Shown piece after piece: positions 45,933 through 57,337 of a stretch of DNA of 64,000 nt (position 1 is its first letter; each line of letters starts with the position of its first letter). The DNA is from an uncultured Sterolibacterium sp. (GTDB lineage: Bacteria > Pseudomonadota > Gammaproteobacteria > Burkholderiales > Rhodocyclaceae). The stretch covers positions 7,173 through 71,172 of the forward strand of contig CAIVDC010000135.1 of NCBI GenBank assembly GCA_903904605.1. Reading direction: 5' to 3'. The notes below the pieces were generated by a model that had not been told where the DNA came from, ran no database searches, and worked only from the letters and a program-made list of their open reading frames with translations. The translations under genes were made by a program, and so were the position numbers.

Positions 45933-46807
45933 ATCTGGATGCCGGCGTCACGCATGGCGATGCGCACCGGCTGGTGAAACTCGGGAGACAGCGGCGTCAA
46001 CGGCAGGCGCAGGCCGGACCCGATCAGTCCCATTTGCGCCAGTGCCCACTTGACCGGAATCGGGTTGGCTTCAAGGAACAGTTGCCGGTGCAGGCCCAGC
46101 AGGCGGAAATTGATTTCACGGGCGCGCCCGAGTTCGCCGGCGATCGCCGCCTTGCACATCTCGTGCATCAGGTGCGCCGCGACGTTGGCGGTGACCGAAA
46201 TCGTGCCCTGACCGCCCAGCAGCATCAGGCAAAGCGCCGTGGCGTCGTCGCCGCTATATACGGCGAAACCCGGCGGCGCGCGCTTGAGCAGATCGGCGCC
46301 GCGCTCAAGGTTGCCGGTAGCGTCCTTGATGCCGACGATGCTTGGCAAACGCGCCAGACGCAGCGTAGTGTCGTTGGCCAGATCCGCCACGGTGCGCCCC
46401 GGCACGTTGTAGACGATCATCGGCAGGTCGACCGCCGCGGCGATGGCCGCGAAGTGCCGGTAAAGCCCTTCCTGGGTCGGCTTGTTGTAGTAGGGCACCA
46501 CCGACAGATGGGCCGCGACCCCGGCCTGTTTCGCGAATGCCGCCAGTTCGATCGCCTCCGCGGTCGAATTGGCGCCGGTGCCGGCGATCACCGGAATGCG
46601 CCCGGCGGACTGCTCGACCGCGGTGCGAATCAACTCGCAGTGCTCATCGTAATTCACCGTCGGCGATTCGCCCGTCGTGCCGACCACGACGACGCCGTCC
46701 GTACCCTCGGCGACATGCCAATCGATGAGACGCCTCAAGCCCGGCAGATCGAGACTGCCGTCCTCGTGCATCGGCGTAACGATGGCCGGAATGGATCCTG
46801 TAATCAT
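45929..46807 (-). CDS. dapA: 4-hydroxy-tetrahydrodipicolinate synthase
   Basis: 292 aa. It shows [18 protein letters not shown] and the Schiff-base Lys context GIKDATG. Confidence 0.95.
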   Translation of the reverse strand: MITGSIPAIVTPMHEDGSLDLPGLRRLIDWHVAEGTDGVVVVGTTGESPTVNYDEHCELIRTAVEQSAGRIPVIAGTGANSTAEAIELAAFAKQAGVAAHLSVVPYYNKPTQEGLYRHFAAIAAAVDLPMIVYNVPGRTVADLANDTTLRLARLPSIVGIKDATGNLERGADLLKRAPPGFAVYSGDDATALCLMLLGGQGTISVTANVAAHLMHEMCKAAIAGELGRAREINFRLLGLHRQLFLEANPIPVKWALAQMGLIGSGLRLPLTPLSPEFHQPVRIAMRDAGIQI

Positions 46808-46849
46808 GGCTATTGGATGGCCGCAACAAAAGCGTCGATTTTACCCGAA

Positions 46850-47773
46850 CTACAGGTCGGACAGCACCTTGATGTGCGCAGCGACGCTGCGTGCCAGCGC
46901 AGACAGCGCGTAGCCGCCTTCGAGCATGGAGACAATGCGTCCCTGCGCGGATTCGGCCGCGACGGCCTTGATCTGCTGCGTCACCCAGGTGTAGTCGGCA
47001 TCCACCAGGCCGAGCGAGGCCATGTCGTCTTCGTAATGAGCGTCGAATCCGGCGGAAATGAAAATTATCTCCGGAGCAAAATTTCTCAGCCGCGGCAACC
47101 AGATGTCGCTCACGACCTGGCGGAAGCCATCGCCCCGCGTACCCGCCGGCAAGGGAATGTTGCACATGTTGGGCGCCGGGCTTTCGGTGCCGGAATAAGG
47201 GTAGAAGGGGTGCTGAAATGTGCCGACCATCAGCACTTTCTCGTTGCCGGCGAAAACATCTTCCGTGCCGTTGCCATGATGCACATCGAAGTCGATAACA
47301 GCGACGCGCGAAATTCCCCACGCCTCGATGGCATGCATGACCGCGACGGCAACGTTGTTGAAGAAGCAAAAACCCATCGCCCGGTTCCGCTCGGCGTGGT
47401 GGCCGGGCGGGCGGATGGCGCAGAAAGCGGTGCCGACCTCTCCCTTCATGACCAGATCGGTGGCCAGAACACCGGCCCCTGCGGAGCGCAGTATCGCCTG
47501 CCAACTGCCCGGGCTCATCGCCGTATCAGGATCGACATGGACGATGCCGTGCGTCGGCGCGGCCGCCTCGATCGCCTCGATATGGCTGCGGGTATGGACT
47601 CGCATGAGATGCTCCATCTGCACCAGTGGAGCATCGAGGTAGGACAGGTAAAGATCGAGGCCAGCGGCGATCAAACGGTCATTAATGGCGCCCAGGCGGT
47701 CCGGAGATTCCGGATGGTGGCTGCCCATATCATGATGCCAGCAGTCGCGATGAGTAATGAAGGCAGTCGTCAT
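46850..47773 (-). CDS. Histone-deacetylase-family (acetylpolyamine/protein deacetylase) enzyme
   Basis: 307 aa. It shows RPPGHHA, DFDVHHGNGT and a GGY context. Confidence 0.85.
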   Translation of the reverse strand: MTTAFITHRDCWHHDMGSHHPESPDRLGAINDRLIAAGLDLYLSYLDAPLVQMEHLMRVHTRSHIEAIEAAAPTHGIVHVDPDTAMSPGSWQAILRSAGAGVLATDLVMKGEVGTAFCAIRPPGHHAERNRAMGFCFFNNVAVAVMHAIEAWGISRVAVIDFDVHHGNGTEDVFAGNEKVLMVGTFQHPFYPYSGTESPAPNMCNIPLPAGTRGDGFRQVVSDIWLPRLRNFAPEIIFISAGFDAHYEDDMASLGLVDADYTWVTQQIKAVAAESAQGRIVSMLEGGYALSALARSVAAHIKVLSDL

Positions 47774-47850
47774 GTAGAACGGTAGGCATACAATCCAAGA
47801 GGAAGTTCAATTATCCTCTCATTCAGCCGCTTGCCGCAAACGCCGACACA

Positions 47851-48780
47851 ATGCCCTCATCCGACAACAATGCACCTCTCGCAGGGCTCATCCGCCAGGC
47901 CGGCGGCGTCATCCTCGGCAAGGAACGGCAGATCCGTCTCGCCCTGGCCTGCCTGGTGGCACGCGGCCACCTCCTGATCGAGGATCTGCCCGGCGTCGGC
48001 AAGACCACGCTGGCCCAGTTGCTCGCCCGCCTCCTCGGCCTGAGGTTCCAGCGAATCCAGTTCACCAGCGACATGCTGCCAGCGGACATCATCGGCGTCT
48101 CCGTTTTCGATCGCGCCAGCAGCCGCTTCGTCTTTCACCCGGGGCCGATCTTTTCCCAGTTGATCCTGGCCGACGAGGTCAATCGCGCCACGCCCAAGAC
48201 GCAAAGCGCGCTCCTCGAGGCGATGGAGGAAGGCCAGGTGACCACCGAGGGAATGACGCGGCCGCTGCCTTCCCCCTTCTTCGTCATCGCCACGCAAAAT
48301 CCATCGCACCAGATCGGCACCTTCCCCCTGCCGGAGTCGCAACTCGACCGCTTCCTGATGAAGATCGAACTCGGCTATCCCGACCGGGAGGCAGAACGAG
48401 AACTGCTGGGCGGCGCCGACCGGCGCACGATGATCGCCGGCCTCACCCCCGCTCTCACGCCCGACGAACTGGAGGCCTTGCAGCAGGCAGCCGTCCGGGT
48501 GCATGTGGCCGATGCGATAATCGACTATGTCCAGGCGCTGGTCGCGCATACGCGCAGCTCCTCCGACTACCAGTTTGGCCTCTCCCCGCGCGCGGCATTG
48601 GCGCTGCTGGCCGCGGCGCGCGCCTGGGCCCTGTTGGGCGGCCGCGGCCATGTACTGCCCGAGGATATCCAGGCGGTGCTGCCGGCGGTGGCGCCGCACC
48701 GCCTTCGCTGCTCCGGCCAGATCCGGCGGAGTGCCGGCCAGATCGCCGCAGCCCTGATCGAGGCTGTACCCTTGCCTTGA
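47851..48780 (+). CDS. MoxR-family AAA+ ATPase
   Basis: 309 aa. Walker A is GVGKT and Walker B is LILADEVNRATPKTQSALLEAMEE. Confidence 0.9.
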   Translation: MPSSDNNAPLAGLIRQAGGVILGKERQIRLALACLVARGHLLIEDLPGVGKTTLAQLLARLLGLRFQRIQFTSDMLPADIIGVSVFDRASSRFVFHPGPIFSQLILADEVNRATPKTQSALLEAMEEGQVTTEGMTRPLPSPFFVIATQNPSHQIGTFPLPESQLDRFLMKIELGYPDREAERELLGGADRRTMIAGLTPALTPDELEALQQAAVRVHVADAIIDYVQALVAHTRSSSDYQFGLSPRAALALLAAARAWALLGGRGHVLPEDIQAVLPAVAPHRLRCSGQIRRSAGQIAAALIEAVPLP

Positions 48781-49739
48781 GCCCCGCCGCCAGACTGCGA
48801 CAACGCTTCTTCAGCTGGGCCTTGCGCGGGCGGGCACCTGAAGCAGCACCGATCGTTCTCAACCAGCGCCGGGTGTTCGTGCTGCCGACGCGGTTCGGTT
48901 TCGCCTTCGCCGCCCTGCTCCTGGTGATGCTGATCGCCGCCGTCAATTACGAACTCAGCCTGGGCTACGCCCTGGTCTTCCTGCTCGCGGGTCTGGGCAT
49001 CATGGCGATCTTCCACAGCTTCCGCAATCTGGCCCGTCTGAGGATCTCGCCGGGACGTGCGGCGCCGACTTTCGCCGGCGAGACGGCCCGCTTCGGGCTG
49101 ATCCTGACCAACCCGGACAACCGGGAAAAGTACGCGATCCGCTTGCGGCTGCCGGGCCGGAATCCGGTGGAGGTCGATGTACCGGCAAAGAGCTGCAGTG
49201 AAGTGCAGCTCGAACTGCCGGCACAAGACCGCGGCTGGCTCGCCCTGCCGCCGATGACCCTGCAGACCACCTACCCCCTCGGCCTGATCCGCGCCTGGGC
49301 CTATGCCGCCCCGATGATGCGCTGCCTGGTCTACCCCGCTCCCTCGAAGGACGCGCTGCCGCTGCCGGCGCTGCCCTTTGATGATGCCGGAGATGCCGGC
49401 CTTAATGCCGGGATGGAGGATTTCTCCGCGCTGCGTGCTCACCAGATCACCGACCCGCTGGGCCACGTCGCCTGGAAAGCGGCGGCGAGGCTGGAACAGG
49501 GACCGCTGTTGACCAAGCTGTTTGCCGGTGCGATGGCACGGAGTCTGTGGCTCGACTGGGATGACCTGCCCGGTGAATTTGCCGTCGAGGCGCGGCTCTC
49601 GGTTCTCGCGCGCTGGATCTGCGAAGTCCATGAGGCGGGCATCCTCTGGGGCTTGCGCCTGCCCGGCACGACTTTATCGCCGGACAAAGGCGCAGCCCAT
49701 TTTCACGCCAGCCTCAAGGTGCTGGCCTTGTATGGCTAA
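48777..49739 (+). CDS. DUF58-domain protein (MoxR partner)
   Basis: 320 aa. It has two N-terminal TM helices. The start overlaps the moxR stop by 4 nt, giving the standard MoxR-DUF58 gene order. Confidence 0.7.
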   Translation: MSPAARLRQRFFSWALRGRAPEAAPIVLNQRRVFVLPTRFGFAFAALLLVMLIAAVNYELSLGYALVFLLAGLGIMAIFHSFRNLARLRISPGRAAPTFAGETARFGLILTNPDNREKYAIRLRLPGRNPVEVDVPAKSCSEVQLELPAQDRGWLALPPMTLQTTYPLGLIRAWAYAAPMMRCLVYPAPSKDALPLPALPFDDAGDAGLNAGMEDFSALRAHQITDPLGHVAWKAAARLEQGPLLTKLFAGAMARSLWLDWDDLPGEFAVEARLSVLARWICEVHEAGILWGLRLPGTTLSPDKGAAHFHASLKVLALYG

Positions 49740-51714
49740 GCCCGCCACGCTCGGCAGGCAGCAGCATCTGTGGCTGCTGGCAGCGGCGTCAGCGGTTCTC
49801 GCCCCGCTGACGGTCGATCTGCCGAAAGGCTTGGCGCTCGGCACCTCGCTGATCCTGCTCTGGCGCGCCGCTTCACTGTGGCGACCGGTTCCCGTGCCGG
49901 GGCATGGGCTGCTCACGCTGCTGGCGCTCGGCGGCGCAGTCGCCATCGCGGCCCATTACCGCACGCTGTTCGGTCGCGATCCGGGCGTGGCCCTGCTGCT
50001 GCTGCTCCTCGCCCTGAAGCTCATGGAAGCGAAGAGCGGCCGGGACGGCCATGCGGCGGTTTTGATCAGCTATTTTCTGATGCTCTGCCAGTTCCCCTAC
50101 GCCCAAAGCATCGCCAGCGCCGTCATGACGCTGATGGCCGTGGTACTCACCACCACGGCGCTGGTGCTCATCAATCATCCGCGTCGATCGGCGCCCGGCG
50201 CACTTCGCCTGTCTGCCCAGATGCTGGCCCAGGCCTCGCTCTTCATGCTGCTGTTGTTCATGCTGTTTCCGCGCATTCCGGGGCCGCTCTGGGGTCTGCC
50301 GGCCGACGCCTACGCCGGGCTCACGGGCCTGTCCGAAACCATGACGCCGGGATCGATCAGCCAGTTGAGCCGGTCCGATGCGATCGCCTTTCGCGTCGAA
50401 TTCTCGACCAAGCAACCGGCGCAAGACACCCTCTATTGGCGAGGCCCGGTGCTCACCGGCTTCGACGGCCGGACCTGGACGGCCGGCCGCGTCCCGGCCG
50501 GCAGCACCCTGCCGTATGCGACCGCCGGCACCGTCAGCGACTACACGGTGACGCTGGAGCCACACGACAAACTTTGGCTGTTCGCCCTGGAATTTCCCGG
50601 CGCCATCCCCTCCGACGGCTTGATGACCGCCGATTACCAACTGCTGGCCAAAGCACCGGTGCGAACCCGCCTGCGTTATGCCATGCGCTCTTACTCCGGC
50701 GTCATCGCCGGGAGAGATGAGTCGCCTGAGAGGCTCCGTCAGGCCAGGCAACTGCCTGCCGGCACGAATCCGCGGGGCCGGCTGCTGGCCCAGGCGTGGC
50801 GCGCCGAATTGGGCGGCGACGGGCCGGCGATCGTGCGCCGCATGCTCGACTACTACCGCAACGGTCATTTCAGCTACACCTTGGATCCTCCGCTGCTCGG
50901 CGCGAATTCCATGGATGAATTTCTCTTCGATAGCCGGCGCGGATTCTGCGAACATTTCGCCGCCAGCTTCGTCTTCATGATGCGCGCCGCGGGTCTGCCC
51001 GCCCGCGTCGTGACCGGCTATCAGGGCGGCGAAATCAATCCCGTCGACAAAACCCTGACCGTGCGCCAGTCCGACGCGCACGCCTGGGCCGAGGTCTGGT
51101 CCAAGGATCTCGGCTGGCGGCGAGTCGATCCCACCGCGGCGATCGCGCCGACACGCGTCGAGCGCAGCCTGGCCGCAGCCCTGCCCGAAGGCGAGCCGCT
51201 GCTGGCCCGGCCGGCATTTCTGTGGCTGCGCGAAATACGCTTTCGCTGGGACGCGCTGGCAAACGCCTGGAACCGGGGCGTACTCGGCTACAATCCGCAG
51301 CGCCAGCGCGATTTCCTGGCCGGACTGGGAATCGCGGACCAGGACTGGCAGCGCCAGGTCTCCGCCCTGGCTGTGCTCGGCGGCTTGTTGCTGAGCGCAT
51401 TCGCGGCTTGGGCGCTGCTGGAGAGAGGGCGAAACCGGGACCCGCTCCAGGACGCCTGGAGCCGCCTTTCGCGCAAACTCGCCGGGCGGAGCACCGTTCG
51501 CCCCGGTGGGCAAGGATCTGGCCTGGCAAGACGGCCCTGGGAAGGGCCGCACGATTACGCCCAACGCATCAGCGCGGCTTTGCCCAACATCGCAGGAGAA
51601 ATATCGATCATCGCCGAACTCTACGAAACCATGCGCTACGGACCGAAAACCACGATCGCCCGCACCCGGATGTTGCAGGAACTGAACGCGCGCATCGGGC
51701 GCCTTTCGCCATGA
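49732..51714 (+). CDS. Transglutaminase-like membrane protein (TgpA-like)
   Basis: The start is at M71 of the track ORF (MAKPATLG) and overlaps the DUF58 stop by 8 nt. It has a multi-TM N-terminus. The transglutaminase core carries the catalytic Cys in RRGFCEHFAASF and DAHAWAEVW. Confidence 0.8.
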   Translation: MAKPATLGRQQHLWLLAAASAVLAPLTVDLPKGLALGTSLILLWRAASLWRPVPVPGHGLLTLLALGGAVAIAAHYRTLFGRDPGVALLLLLLALKLMEAKSGRDGHAAVLISYFLMLCQFPYAQSIASAVMTLMAVVLTTTALVLINHPRRSAPGALRLSAQMLAQASLFMLLLFMLFPRIPGPLWGLPADAYAGLTGLSETMTPGSISQLSRSDAIAFRVEFSTKQPAQDTLYWRGPVLTGFDGRTWTAGRVPAGSTLPYATAGTVSDYTVTLEPHDKLWLFALEFPGAIPSDGLMTADYQLLAKAPVRTRLRYAMRSYSGVIAGRDESPERLRQARQLPAGTNPRGRLLAQAWRAELGGDGPAIVRRMLDYYRNGHFSYTLDPPLLGANSMDEFLFDSRRGFCEHFAASFVFMMRAAGLPARVVTGYQGGEINPVDKTLTVRQSDAHAWAEVWSKDLGWRRVDPTAAIAPTRVERSLAAALPEGEPLLARPAFLWLREIRFRWDALANAWNRGVLGYNPQRQRDFLAGLGIADQDWQRQVSALAVLGGLLLSAFAAWALLERGRNRDPLQDAWSRLSRKLAGRSTVRPGGQGSGLARRPWEGPHDYAQRISAALPNIAGEISIIAELYETMRYGPKTTIARTRMLQELNARIGRLSP

Positions 51715-52697
51715 ACCCGGTCCGCCTCGTCGCCCTGCTTCTTTGCCTCGCCGCTGCGCCCGCATCGGCGGCGAAACACGGCACCGGCTTTGCCGGAAAT
51801 CCCAAAGTACGCGCCTTCATCCGGGAGATGCATGACAAGCACGGCTTCGACAGCAGGCGGCTCGCGCAGCGCTTCGCCCTGACGAAACCGCTACCTGCGG
51901 TGATCAAGGCGATCCTGCCGCCGGTCGATCCGGGCATCCGCTCCTGGACCGCCTATCGCGCACGCTATGTCGACGCGAAGCGGATCGCCCTGGGCGCGGT
52001 CTTCTGGCAAGAGCAGCATGCGGCATTGGCCGACGCCAGCGAACGCTTCGGCGTGCCGGAGGAGATCATAGTCGCCATCATCGGCGTCGAGACCCTTTAC
52101 GGCCGCGTGCGCGGCCACTTCGGCACTTTCGCCGCACTGTCGACCCTGGCCTTCGGCTATCCGCCGCGCGCCGCCCTGTTCCGTCAGGAGTTGGAGGAGT
52201 TGCTGCTACTTGCCCGCGAGACGCATCGCGATCCGCTCTGGTTCAAGGGTTCCTACGCCGGCGCTCTCGGCCTGCCTCAGTTCCTGCCCAGCAGCGTGCG
52301 TCGCTATGCGGTCTCTGCCCGCCGGTACGGACCCATCGACCTGGCGGCCAACCCCGCCGACGCCATCAGCAGCGTCGCGAATTTCCTGGCCGTGCATGGC
52401 TGGGAGAAGGATGCTCCGGTGAGCGCTGCGGCGACCGTTTCCGGAGATAAGTTTGCTGAGCTGATCGACGAAGGTATCGCGCCGCAGAAAACACCGGGCG
52501 AAATGGCATCCTATGGCGTCGCGGCCGTCGACGCGCCGGAGTTGCCCGCTGCCCTGGTCGAACTCGCCACACCCCAGCAGGCCACCGAATACCGGATCGG
52601 CTACCGTAACTTCTATGTCCTGACCCGCTACAACCGCAGCAGCTTCTATGCCATGGCAGTCTATGATCTGGCGCAGGCCCTGCGCCAGACAAGATAG
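51711..52697 (+). CDS. mltB: Lytic murein transglycosylase B
   Basis: The start is at M164 of the track ORF (MNPVRLVALLL) and overlaps the previous stop as ATGA. It has a signal peptide and MltB blocks (GVETLYG, GALGLPQFLPSS). Confidence 0.85.
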   Translation: MNPVRLVALLLCLAAAPASAAKHGTGFAGNPKVRAFIREMHDKHGFDSRRLAQRFALTKPLPAVIKAILPPVDPGIRSWTAYRARYVDAKRIALGAVFWQEQHAALADASERFGVPEEIIVAIIGVETLYGRVRGHFGTFAALSTLAFGYPPRAALFRQELEELLLLARETHRDPLWFKGSYAGALGLPQFLPSSVRRYAVSARRYGPIDLAANPADAISSVANFLAVHGWEKDAPVSAAATVSGDKFAELIDEGIAPQKTPGEMASYGVAAVDAPELPAALVELATPQQATEYRIGYRNFYVLTRYNRSSFYAMAVYDLAQALRQTR

Positions 52698-52740
52698 CGC
52701 GGCCGAACCACGGCCGGGAGAATTGCCACTTTCGGCCGAG

Positions 52741-53679
52741 CTACAACAACTCGTCCTTGTCCAGACCTTCGCGCGACAGTTGTCGCCTGAGCTTCCCCAG
52801 TGCCTCGATCTGGATCTGGCGCACCCTTTCGCGGGTCAGGCCGAGGTCGACGGAGAGATGTTCCAGCGTAGCCACTTCGCAGCCGTTCAAACCATAGCGC
52901 CTTTCGATGACATAGCGCTGATTGATCGACAACTGCGCCACCCATTCGGCGACGCGAATCCCGACCTCGGCTTGCTGAAGCAGGCCTTCGGGGCCGGTCC
53001 TGCTGTCGTCGGCGATGGCATCGCCGACCGAGAGCTCGTTGTCGATCTCCAGGGGCGCATCGAGCGAAGTAGTATGTTCGTTCAATGCCAGGATCTCGCG
53101 CACCTCCTGCACCGGCTTGTCGATCAGACGCGCCACCTCCTCTGCGCCGGGATGCGGGCTGCGCTGGTCCGAAGACTCGAGCTGGCGCAGCGCGCGCAGG
53201 ACCAGATTCAACTCCTTCACCACGTGCACCGGCAGGCGAATGGTCCGCGACTGATTCATGATGGAACGCTCGATGTTCTGGCGGATCCACCAGGTCGCGT
53301 AGGTGGAAAAGCGGAAACCGCGTTCCGGATCGAACTTCTCCAGGGCGTGGATCAGGCCGAGATTGCCCTCCTCGATCAGGTCCGAGATGGGGATGCCGCG
53401 GTTCGGATAGCGCTTTGCGATGCTGACGACGAGGCGCAGGTTGGACTCGATCATCTTCTGCCGGGCGGCGAAATCCCCGATCTTGACGAGACGCGCCAGC
53501 GCCGTCTCTTCATCCGCCGAGAGCAGCGGATTGGCGCCGATATCGTTCAGGTAGAGCTGGGTGACGTCGTTCAGGAACTCGGTTTTCGCGCTGCCGGATG
53601 CCGCCTCCGCCGCCTCCGTGCCCTCCGCATCGGCGGCTTCCGGCGGAGCATCCTCGGTTGGGACGACGCCCTTGGGCAT
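52741..53679 (-). CDS. rpoS: RNA polymerase sigma factor RpoS
   Basis: 312 aa. Region 2 shows [44 protein letters not shown] and the region 4 HTH. The nlpD-rpoS synteny is present. Confidence 0.9.
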   Translation of the reverse strand: MPKGVVPTEDAPPEAADAEGTEAAEAASGSAKTEFLNDVTQLYLNDIGANPLLSADEETALARLVKIGDFAARQKMIESNLRLVVSIAKRYPNRGIPISDLIEEGNLGLIHALEKFDPERGFRFSTYATWWIRQNIERSIMNQSRTIRLPVHVVKELNLVLRALRQLESSDQRSPHPGAEEVARLIDKPVQEVREILALNEHTTSLDAPLEIDNELSVGDAIADDSRTGPEGLLQQAEVGIRVAEWVAQLSINQRYVIERRYGLNGCEVATLEHLSVDLGLTRERVRQIQIEALGKLRRQLSREGLDKDELL

Positions 53680-53680
53680 G

Positions 53681-54682
53681 TTAGCGGCTGGGCAACAGTT
53701 TCAGCGGATCAACCGGCTTGCCCTGACGCCGGATTTCGAAATGCAGCATGGGCTGATCGCTGTCGCTCGCGCCGGCCTCGGCGATCTTCTGCCCCTTTGC
53801 CACGCTCTGCCCTTCCTTGACCAGAATCAGGCTGTTGTGCGCATAGGCGGAGAGAAAGCTGAGGTTGTGCTTGACGATCACCAGCTTGCCATACCCGCGC
53901 AAGCCGCTGCCGGCGTAAACGACCTTGCCGGCGGCCGCTGCCAGCACCGGGTCGCCCGCCTCGGCTGCAAGGTCTATGCCTTTGTTGCTGCCTTCGACGA
54001 AGCCGGCGATCAGTTTTCCGTTCGCAGGCCACGCCCAATCCACGGCATCGCTGTCTGCGGTGGCCGGCTTGCTCTCGGCCAGCGCCGCCGGCTTCGCATC
54101 GGTCCCGGGTTGCGGAGCCGATGGCGGTGCCACGGGGGCATCGGCCTTCTGCAACTGCGCCAGTGCCTGCTCGGAATATGGCCACTTGCCGCCCTTCGGT
54201 TCGCGTTTCAGGGTCTCGGTATTGGCATAGGAAGCGGGACCCTGAGATCCCGTCGAGTCTGACTGACTCGAAGAACCCAGCGGGCGCCCTTCGACCGCAC
54301 CGGGCGCGGCGATGGGACGGGCCACCGCCACCGGGGCCGAGCCCTCCGGCGGCACCACGCGCAGTTGCTGTCCTACCTGGATCCTGTTCGGATCCTCGAG
54401 CGCATTCCAGGCCGCAATGTCGCGGTAGGAATGGCCGCTGTCGAGGGCGATGGAGTAGAGCGTATCGCCCTTCTTGACCGTGTAGTAGCCGGCGCCCTGG
54501 TCGCCCGCGACTGCGCCTGGGCCCGCCCCGATGGAGGTGGCGACGGGCGCGGAACCGGCGGCCGACCGCTCGACCACGGTGCTGGGCGCCGTGCGCTCGA
54601 CCACCGGCGCAGGGGGGCTACTGGCGCAACCCGCCAGCAACGCCAAGGCAAAGAGAAGCAGACATCGACCGAGCATATTCAT
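53681..54682 (-). CDS. nlpD: Murein hydrolase activator NlpD (LysM + M23 peptidase lipoprotein)
   Basis: 333 aa. It has the lipobox LLAGC, a LysM domain ([14 protein letters not shown]) and an M23 C-terminal domain ([14 protein letters not shown]). Confidence 0.9.
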   Translation of the reverse strand: MNMLGRCLLLFALALLAGCASSPPAPVVERTAPSTVVERSAAGSAPVATSIGAGPGAVAGDQGAGYYTVKKGDTLYSIALDSGHSYRDIAAWNALEDPNRIQVGQQLRVVPPEGSAPVAVARPIAAPGAVEGRPLGSSSQSDSTGSQGPASYANTETLKREPKGGKWPYSEQALAQLQKADAPVAPPSAPQPGTDAKPAALAESKPATADSDAVDWAWPANGKLIAGFVEGSNKGIDLAAEAGDPVLAAAAGKVVYAGSGLRGYGKLVIVKHNLSFLSAYAHNSLILVKEGQSVAKGQKIAEAGASDSDQPMLHFEIRRQGKPVDPLKLLPSR

Positions 54683-55359
54683 TCCACCCCCGCCACCAAA
54701 GGTACGAAGCGCACCACATCGAAACGCGTCTCGGCGAAGCCGGCCGCCGTGCGTTCGATCAGGGACAGCGTCTGTTCGCCGTTCGCTGCACCGGCCAGCG
54801 GCAGGATCAGCCGCCCACCCGGCGCCAACTGATCGAGCAAGGCCTGCGGCGTTGCCGCCGCCGCCGCGGCAACGATAATGGTATCAAATGGCGCCGCTTC
54901 CGGCAGACCCCAGTGTCCGTCGGCATGCTTCAGTCTGACATGGGAGAGACGCAATTGCCCGAGGTGCTTCCTGGCCTTGGCCAGGAGAGGTTCTATGCGC
55001 TCGACCGCAAACAACTCCCGCGTCAGCATCGCCAGCACCGCTGCCTGGTAACCGCAGCCGGCGCCGACCTCGAGCGTCCTGCCCAGTTCATGCCCGGTGA
55101 GCAGGAGCTGGATCATCCGCGCCACGACATAGGGCTGCGAGATCGTCTGCTGAAAGCCAAGCGGCAATGCCGTGTCGTCGTATGCGCGCGAGGCCAGAGC
55201 CTCCTCGACGAAGATGTGCCGCGGCACGGCTGCCATCGCCGCGAGCACGCGCTCATCGACGATACCCTGCTCGCGCAGGCGCTCGATCATGCGCGCGCGG
55301 GTGCGCTGCGAAGTCATGCCGATGCCGCGCAGGGTCGGTGCGTTCATCGCACGAGCCAA
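54679..55359 (-). CDS. pcm: Protein-L-isoaspartate O-methyltransferase
   Basis: 226 aa. It shows [12 protein letters not shown] and the SAM motif [15 protein letters not shown]. The ATG at 55347 is an alternative start. Confidence 0.9.
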   Translation of the reverse strand: MARAMNAPTLRGIGMTSQRTRARMIERLREQGIVDERVLAAMAAVPRHIFVEEALASRAYDDTALPLGFQQTISQPYVVARMIQLLLTGHELGRTLEVGAGCGYQAAVLAMLTRELFAVERIEPLLAKARKHLGQLRLSHVRLKHADGHWGLPEAAPFDTIIVAAAAAATPQALLDQLAPGGRLILPLAGAANGEQTLSLIERTAAGFAETRFDVVRFVPLVAGVE

Positions 55360-56087
55360 CGATTCAGGGCGGCGATCTGCGTGGTATGGGTGAGATCCAT
55401 CTGCAGCGGCGTGAGTGAGGCGTAATCATGCGCCACGGCATGGAAATCCGTGCCCTCGCCAGCATCCTGGGCGGCCCCCGCGGCACCGACCCAATAAACG
55501 GTTTCGTTCCTCGGCGTCTGTTGCTTCACCACCGGTTCCGCCTTGTGACGCTTGCCCAGCCGGGTGACCTGAAGACCCTTGAGGCTGTCGTACGGGATGT
55601 CGGGCACATTGACATTGAGCAGCAGCGACTCGCCGAAATCCCCATGTTGGAAACGTCCGACCAGATCTTTTGCCACGCGCGCCGCCGTCTCGAAATGCTC
55701 TCCCTTCTTGCTCGTCAGGGAAACCGCCAGAGCCGGGACGCCCAGCAGATAACCTTCGGTCGCCGCGGCGACGGTGCCCGAATAGATGGTGTCATCGCCC
55801 ATATTCGCGCCGAGGTTGATGCCCGAAACCACCATGTCGGGCAAGTGGTCGAGCATGCCGGTCACGGCGAGGTGCACACAGTCCGTCGGCGTGCCGTTAA
55901 CGTAGTAGAAGCCGCTGGCGGCTCGGCGCAGCGACAACGGCCGGTCGAGCGTCAAGGAATTGCTCGCGCCGCTGCGATCGCGCTCCGGAGCGACCACCGT
56001 CACGTCGGCGATCCCGGCCAGGACGGCAGCGAGAATTTCCAGCCCCGGCGCAAAGTATCCGTCGTCGTTGGAGAGCAGGATACGCAT
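55344..56087 (-). CDS. surE: 5'/3'-nucleotidase SurE
   Basis: 247 aa. The N-terminus [15 protein letters not shown] is the SurE hallmark. It belongs to the surE-pcm-nlpD-rpoS run. Confidence 0.95.
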   Translation of the reverse strand: MRILLSNDDGYFAPGLEILAAVLAGIADVTVVAPERDRSGASNSLTLDRPLSLRRAASGFYYVNGTPTDCVHLAVTGMLDHLPDMVVSGINLGANMGDDTIYSGTVAAATEGYLLGVPALAVSLTSKKGEHFETAARVAKDLVGRFQHGDFGESLLLNVNVPDIPYDSLKGLQVTRLGKRHKAEPVVKQQTPRNETVYWVGAAGAAQDAGEGTDFHAVAHDYASLTPLQMDLTHTTQIAALNRWLVR

Positions 56088-56443
56088 GACGGGAACACCC
56101 AGAGAGATTGCTCGCTGATCGTGAGATATGGCAAAGGCGCGCAGGCCAATGCAGGGACATGCGATTATAACGCAGCCCGCAGGGAATCAACGGGCCCGCC
56201 GCGGCAAGAATCGCCCTGGCACGGTGGAACAGCGGTTTGCCGAGCATAGCGGCGGTGGTCGAATCGCCCGGCGACCACATCGCGTCGCCCCTCGACTTGG
56301 CGCCGGGCGCTTCGAGTCTATCGATAGTCCACCTCTGGCGCCGCTAAGCGCACGAGTCTTTGCGGCGGCGCTCCCGATCCGCCCGGGGCAACGCTATGTT
56401 ATGCCTTGCAGCGTGATCCCGCATGCGCTGCCGAGCGTTCGCT

Positions 56444-57337
56444 CTAAGCAGCCGCTACGCGCTCGCAGAACCGGGCGCGAAAGATCAGCCGCCGCCGCGC
56501 AGGGCTATCCGAAAAGGCGGTGCGCTCGTGCAGCACATTGTTGCAGACGAGGCCCATGCCGGCCTCCAGACGCCCCTGAAAGGTCCATGGCGTGCCTCGC
56601 TTGAGGATCTGCTCGAGACAGGCAAGAGCGGCTCGCGTCGCAGCATCCTCCTTCCACGCGATGCTTCTGCTGCGCGCCGTATATCGCATGTGCAGGAAAC
56701 CCTGGCGGTCGACCGAAAACACCGGGCCCGCCTGTTCGGGCCGGGCGACTTCGCCAACGCCTTCTGCCGCGCTGCGCGCCGGGATGGTCATGACATCCGG
56801 TTGCGAGAGCGCGCGGATGAATTCAGGATTCTCGTCGCGCAACAACAGATACGCCAGCTCGTGGTCTAGCAGCCGGGTCTCTCCTCCGCATTCTGCGCTC
56901 TCGACGCAATGGAGAATCATGCCGCGCACCGTCCGTTCCGGGGCATTGTAGTATCCGTCGCTATGCCAATTGATCGCGCGGTCGGTATAGGGTATGAATT
57001 CCCGACGCGTTCCGGCCCCAGACAGTGTCAATGCCGAGATGCCATCCTCGTCCGAGAGATAATTGCCATCCAGGGTCTTCAGACCCAGTTGCAGACCCAG
57101 CAGACGCGGAATTTCCTTGTCCTCTGCGTGATTGCCGCCGGCATAGATCGCCATGTTGGCGCAGGCGCAACGTTCCAGCAGGGCCAAGCGTTCCTTGTCG
57201 GTCAGCGCCTTCGGATCCTTGACTTCGACGATCAGATCGGCCAGGGAACCGGGTGCCGTGGCGAGCTTTATTTTTCGCCAGACGGCATAGGCGGCAGGAT
57301 TGTCGAGATCGAAGGGAGAATGGTCCGACATGCTCAA
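56444..57337 (-). CDS. TauD/TfdA-family Fe(II)/2-oxoglutarate dioxygenase-like protein
   Basis: 297 aa. It has an HxD iron motif in INWHSDGYY, a distal His in NNVLHER and a C-terminal Arg (RARF). Confidence 0.65.
   Translation of the reverse strand: MSMSDHSPFDLDNPAAYAVWRKIKLATAPGSLADLIVEVKDPKALTDKERLALLERCACANMAIYAGGNHAEDKEIPRLLGLQLGLKTLDGNYLSDEDGISALTLSGAGTRREFIPYTDRAINWHSDGYYNAPERTVRGMILHCVESAECGGETRLLDHELAYLLLRDENPEFIRALSQPDVMTIPARSAAEGVGEVARPEQAGPVFSVDRQGFLHMRYTARSRSIAWKEDAATRAALACLEQILKRGTPWTFQGRLEAGMGLVCNNVLHERTAFSDSPARRRLIFRARFCERVAAA

Noticed and set aside
56088-56443. 356-bp gene-free region between surE and the TauD-like gene, inspected for an sRNA, a small ORF or a terminator.
   Set aside because: It holds only weak short stems and Arg-rich spurious ORFs (56128-56604 on the + strand, 55897-56280 on the - strand). 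Nothing can be supported from sequence alone. It most likely contains the surE-pcm-nlpD-rpoS promoter region.
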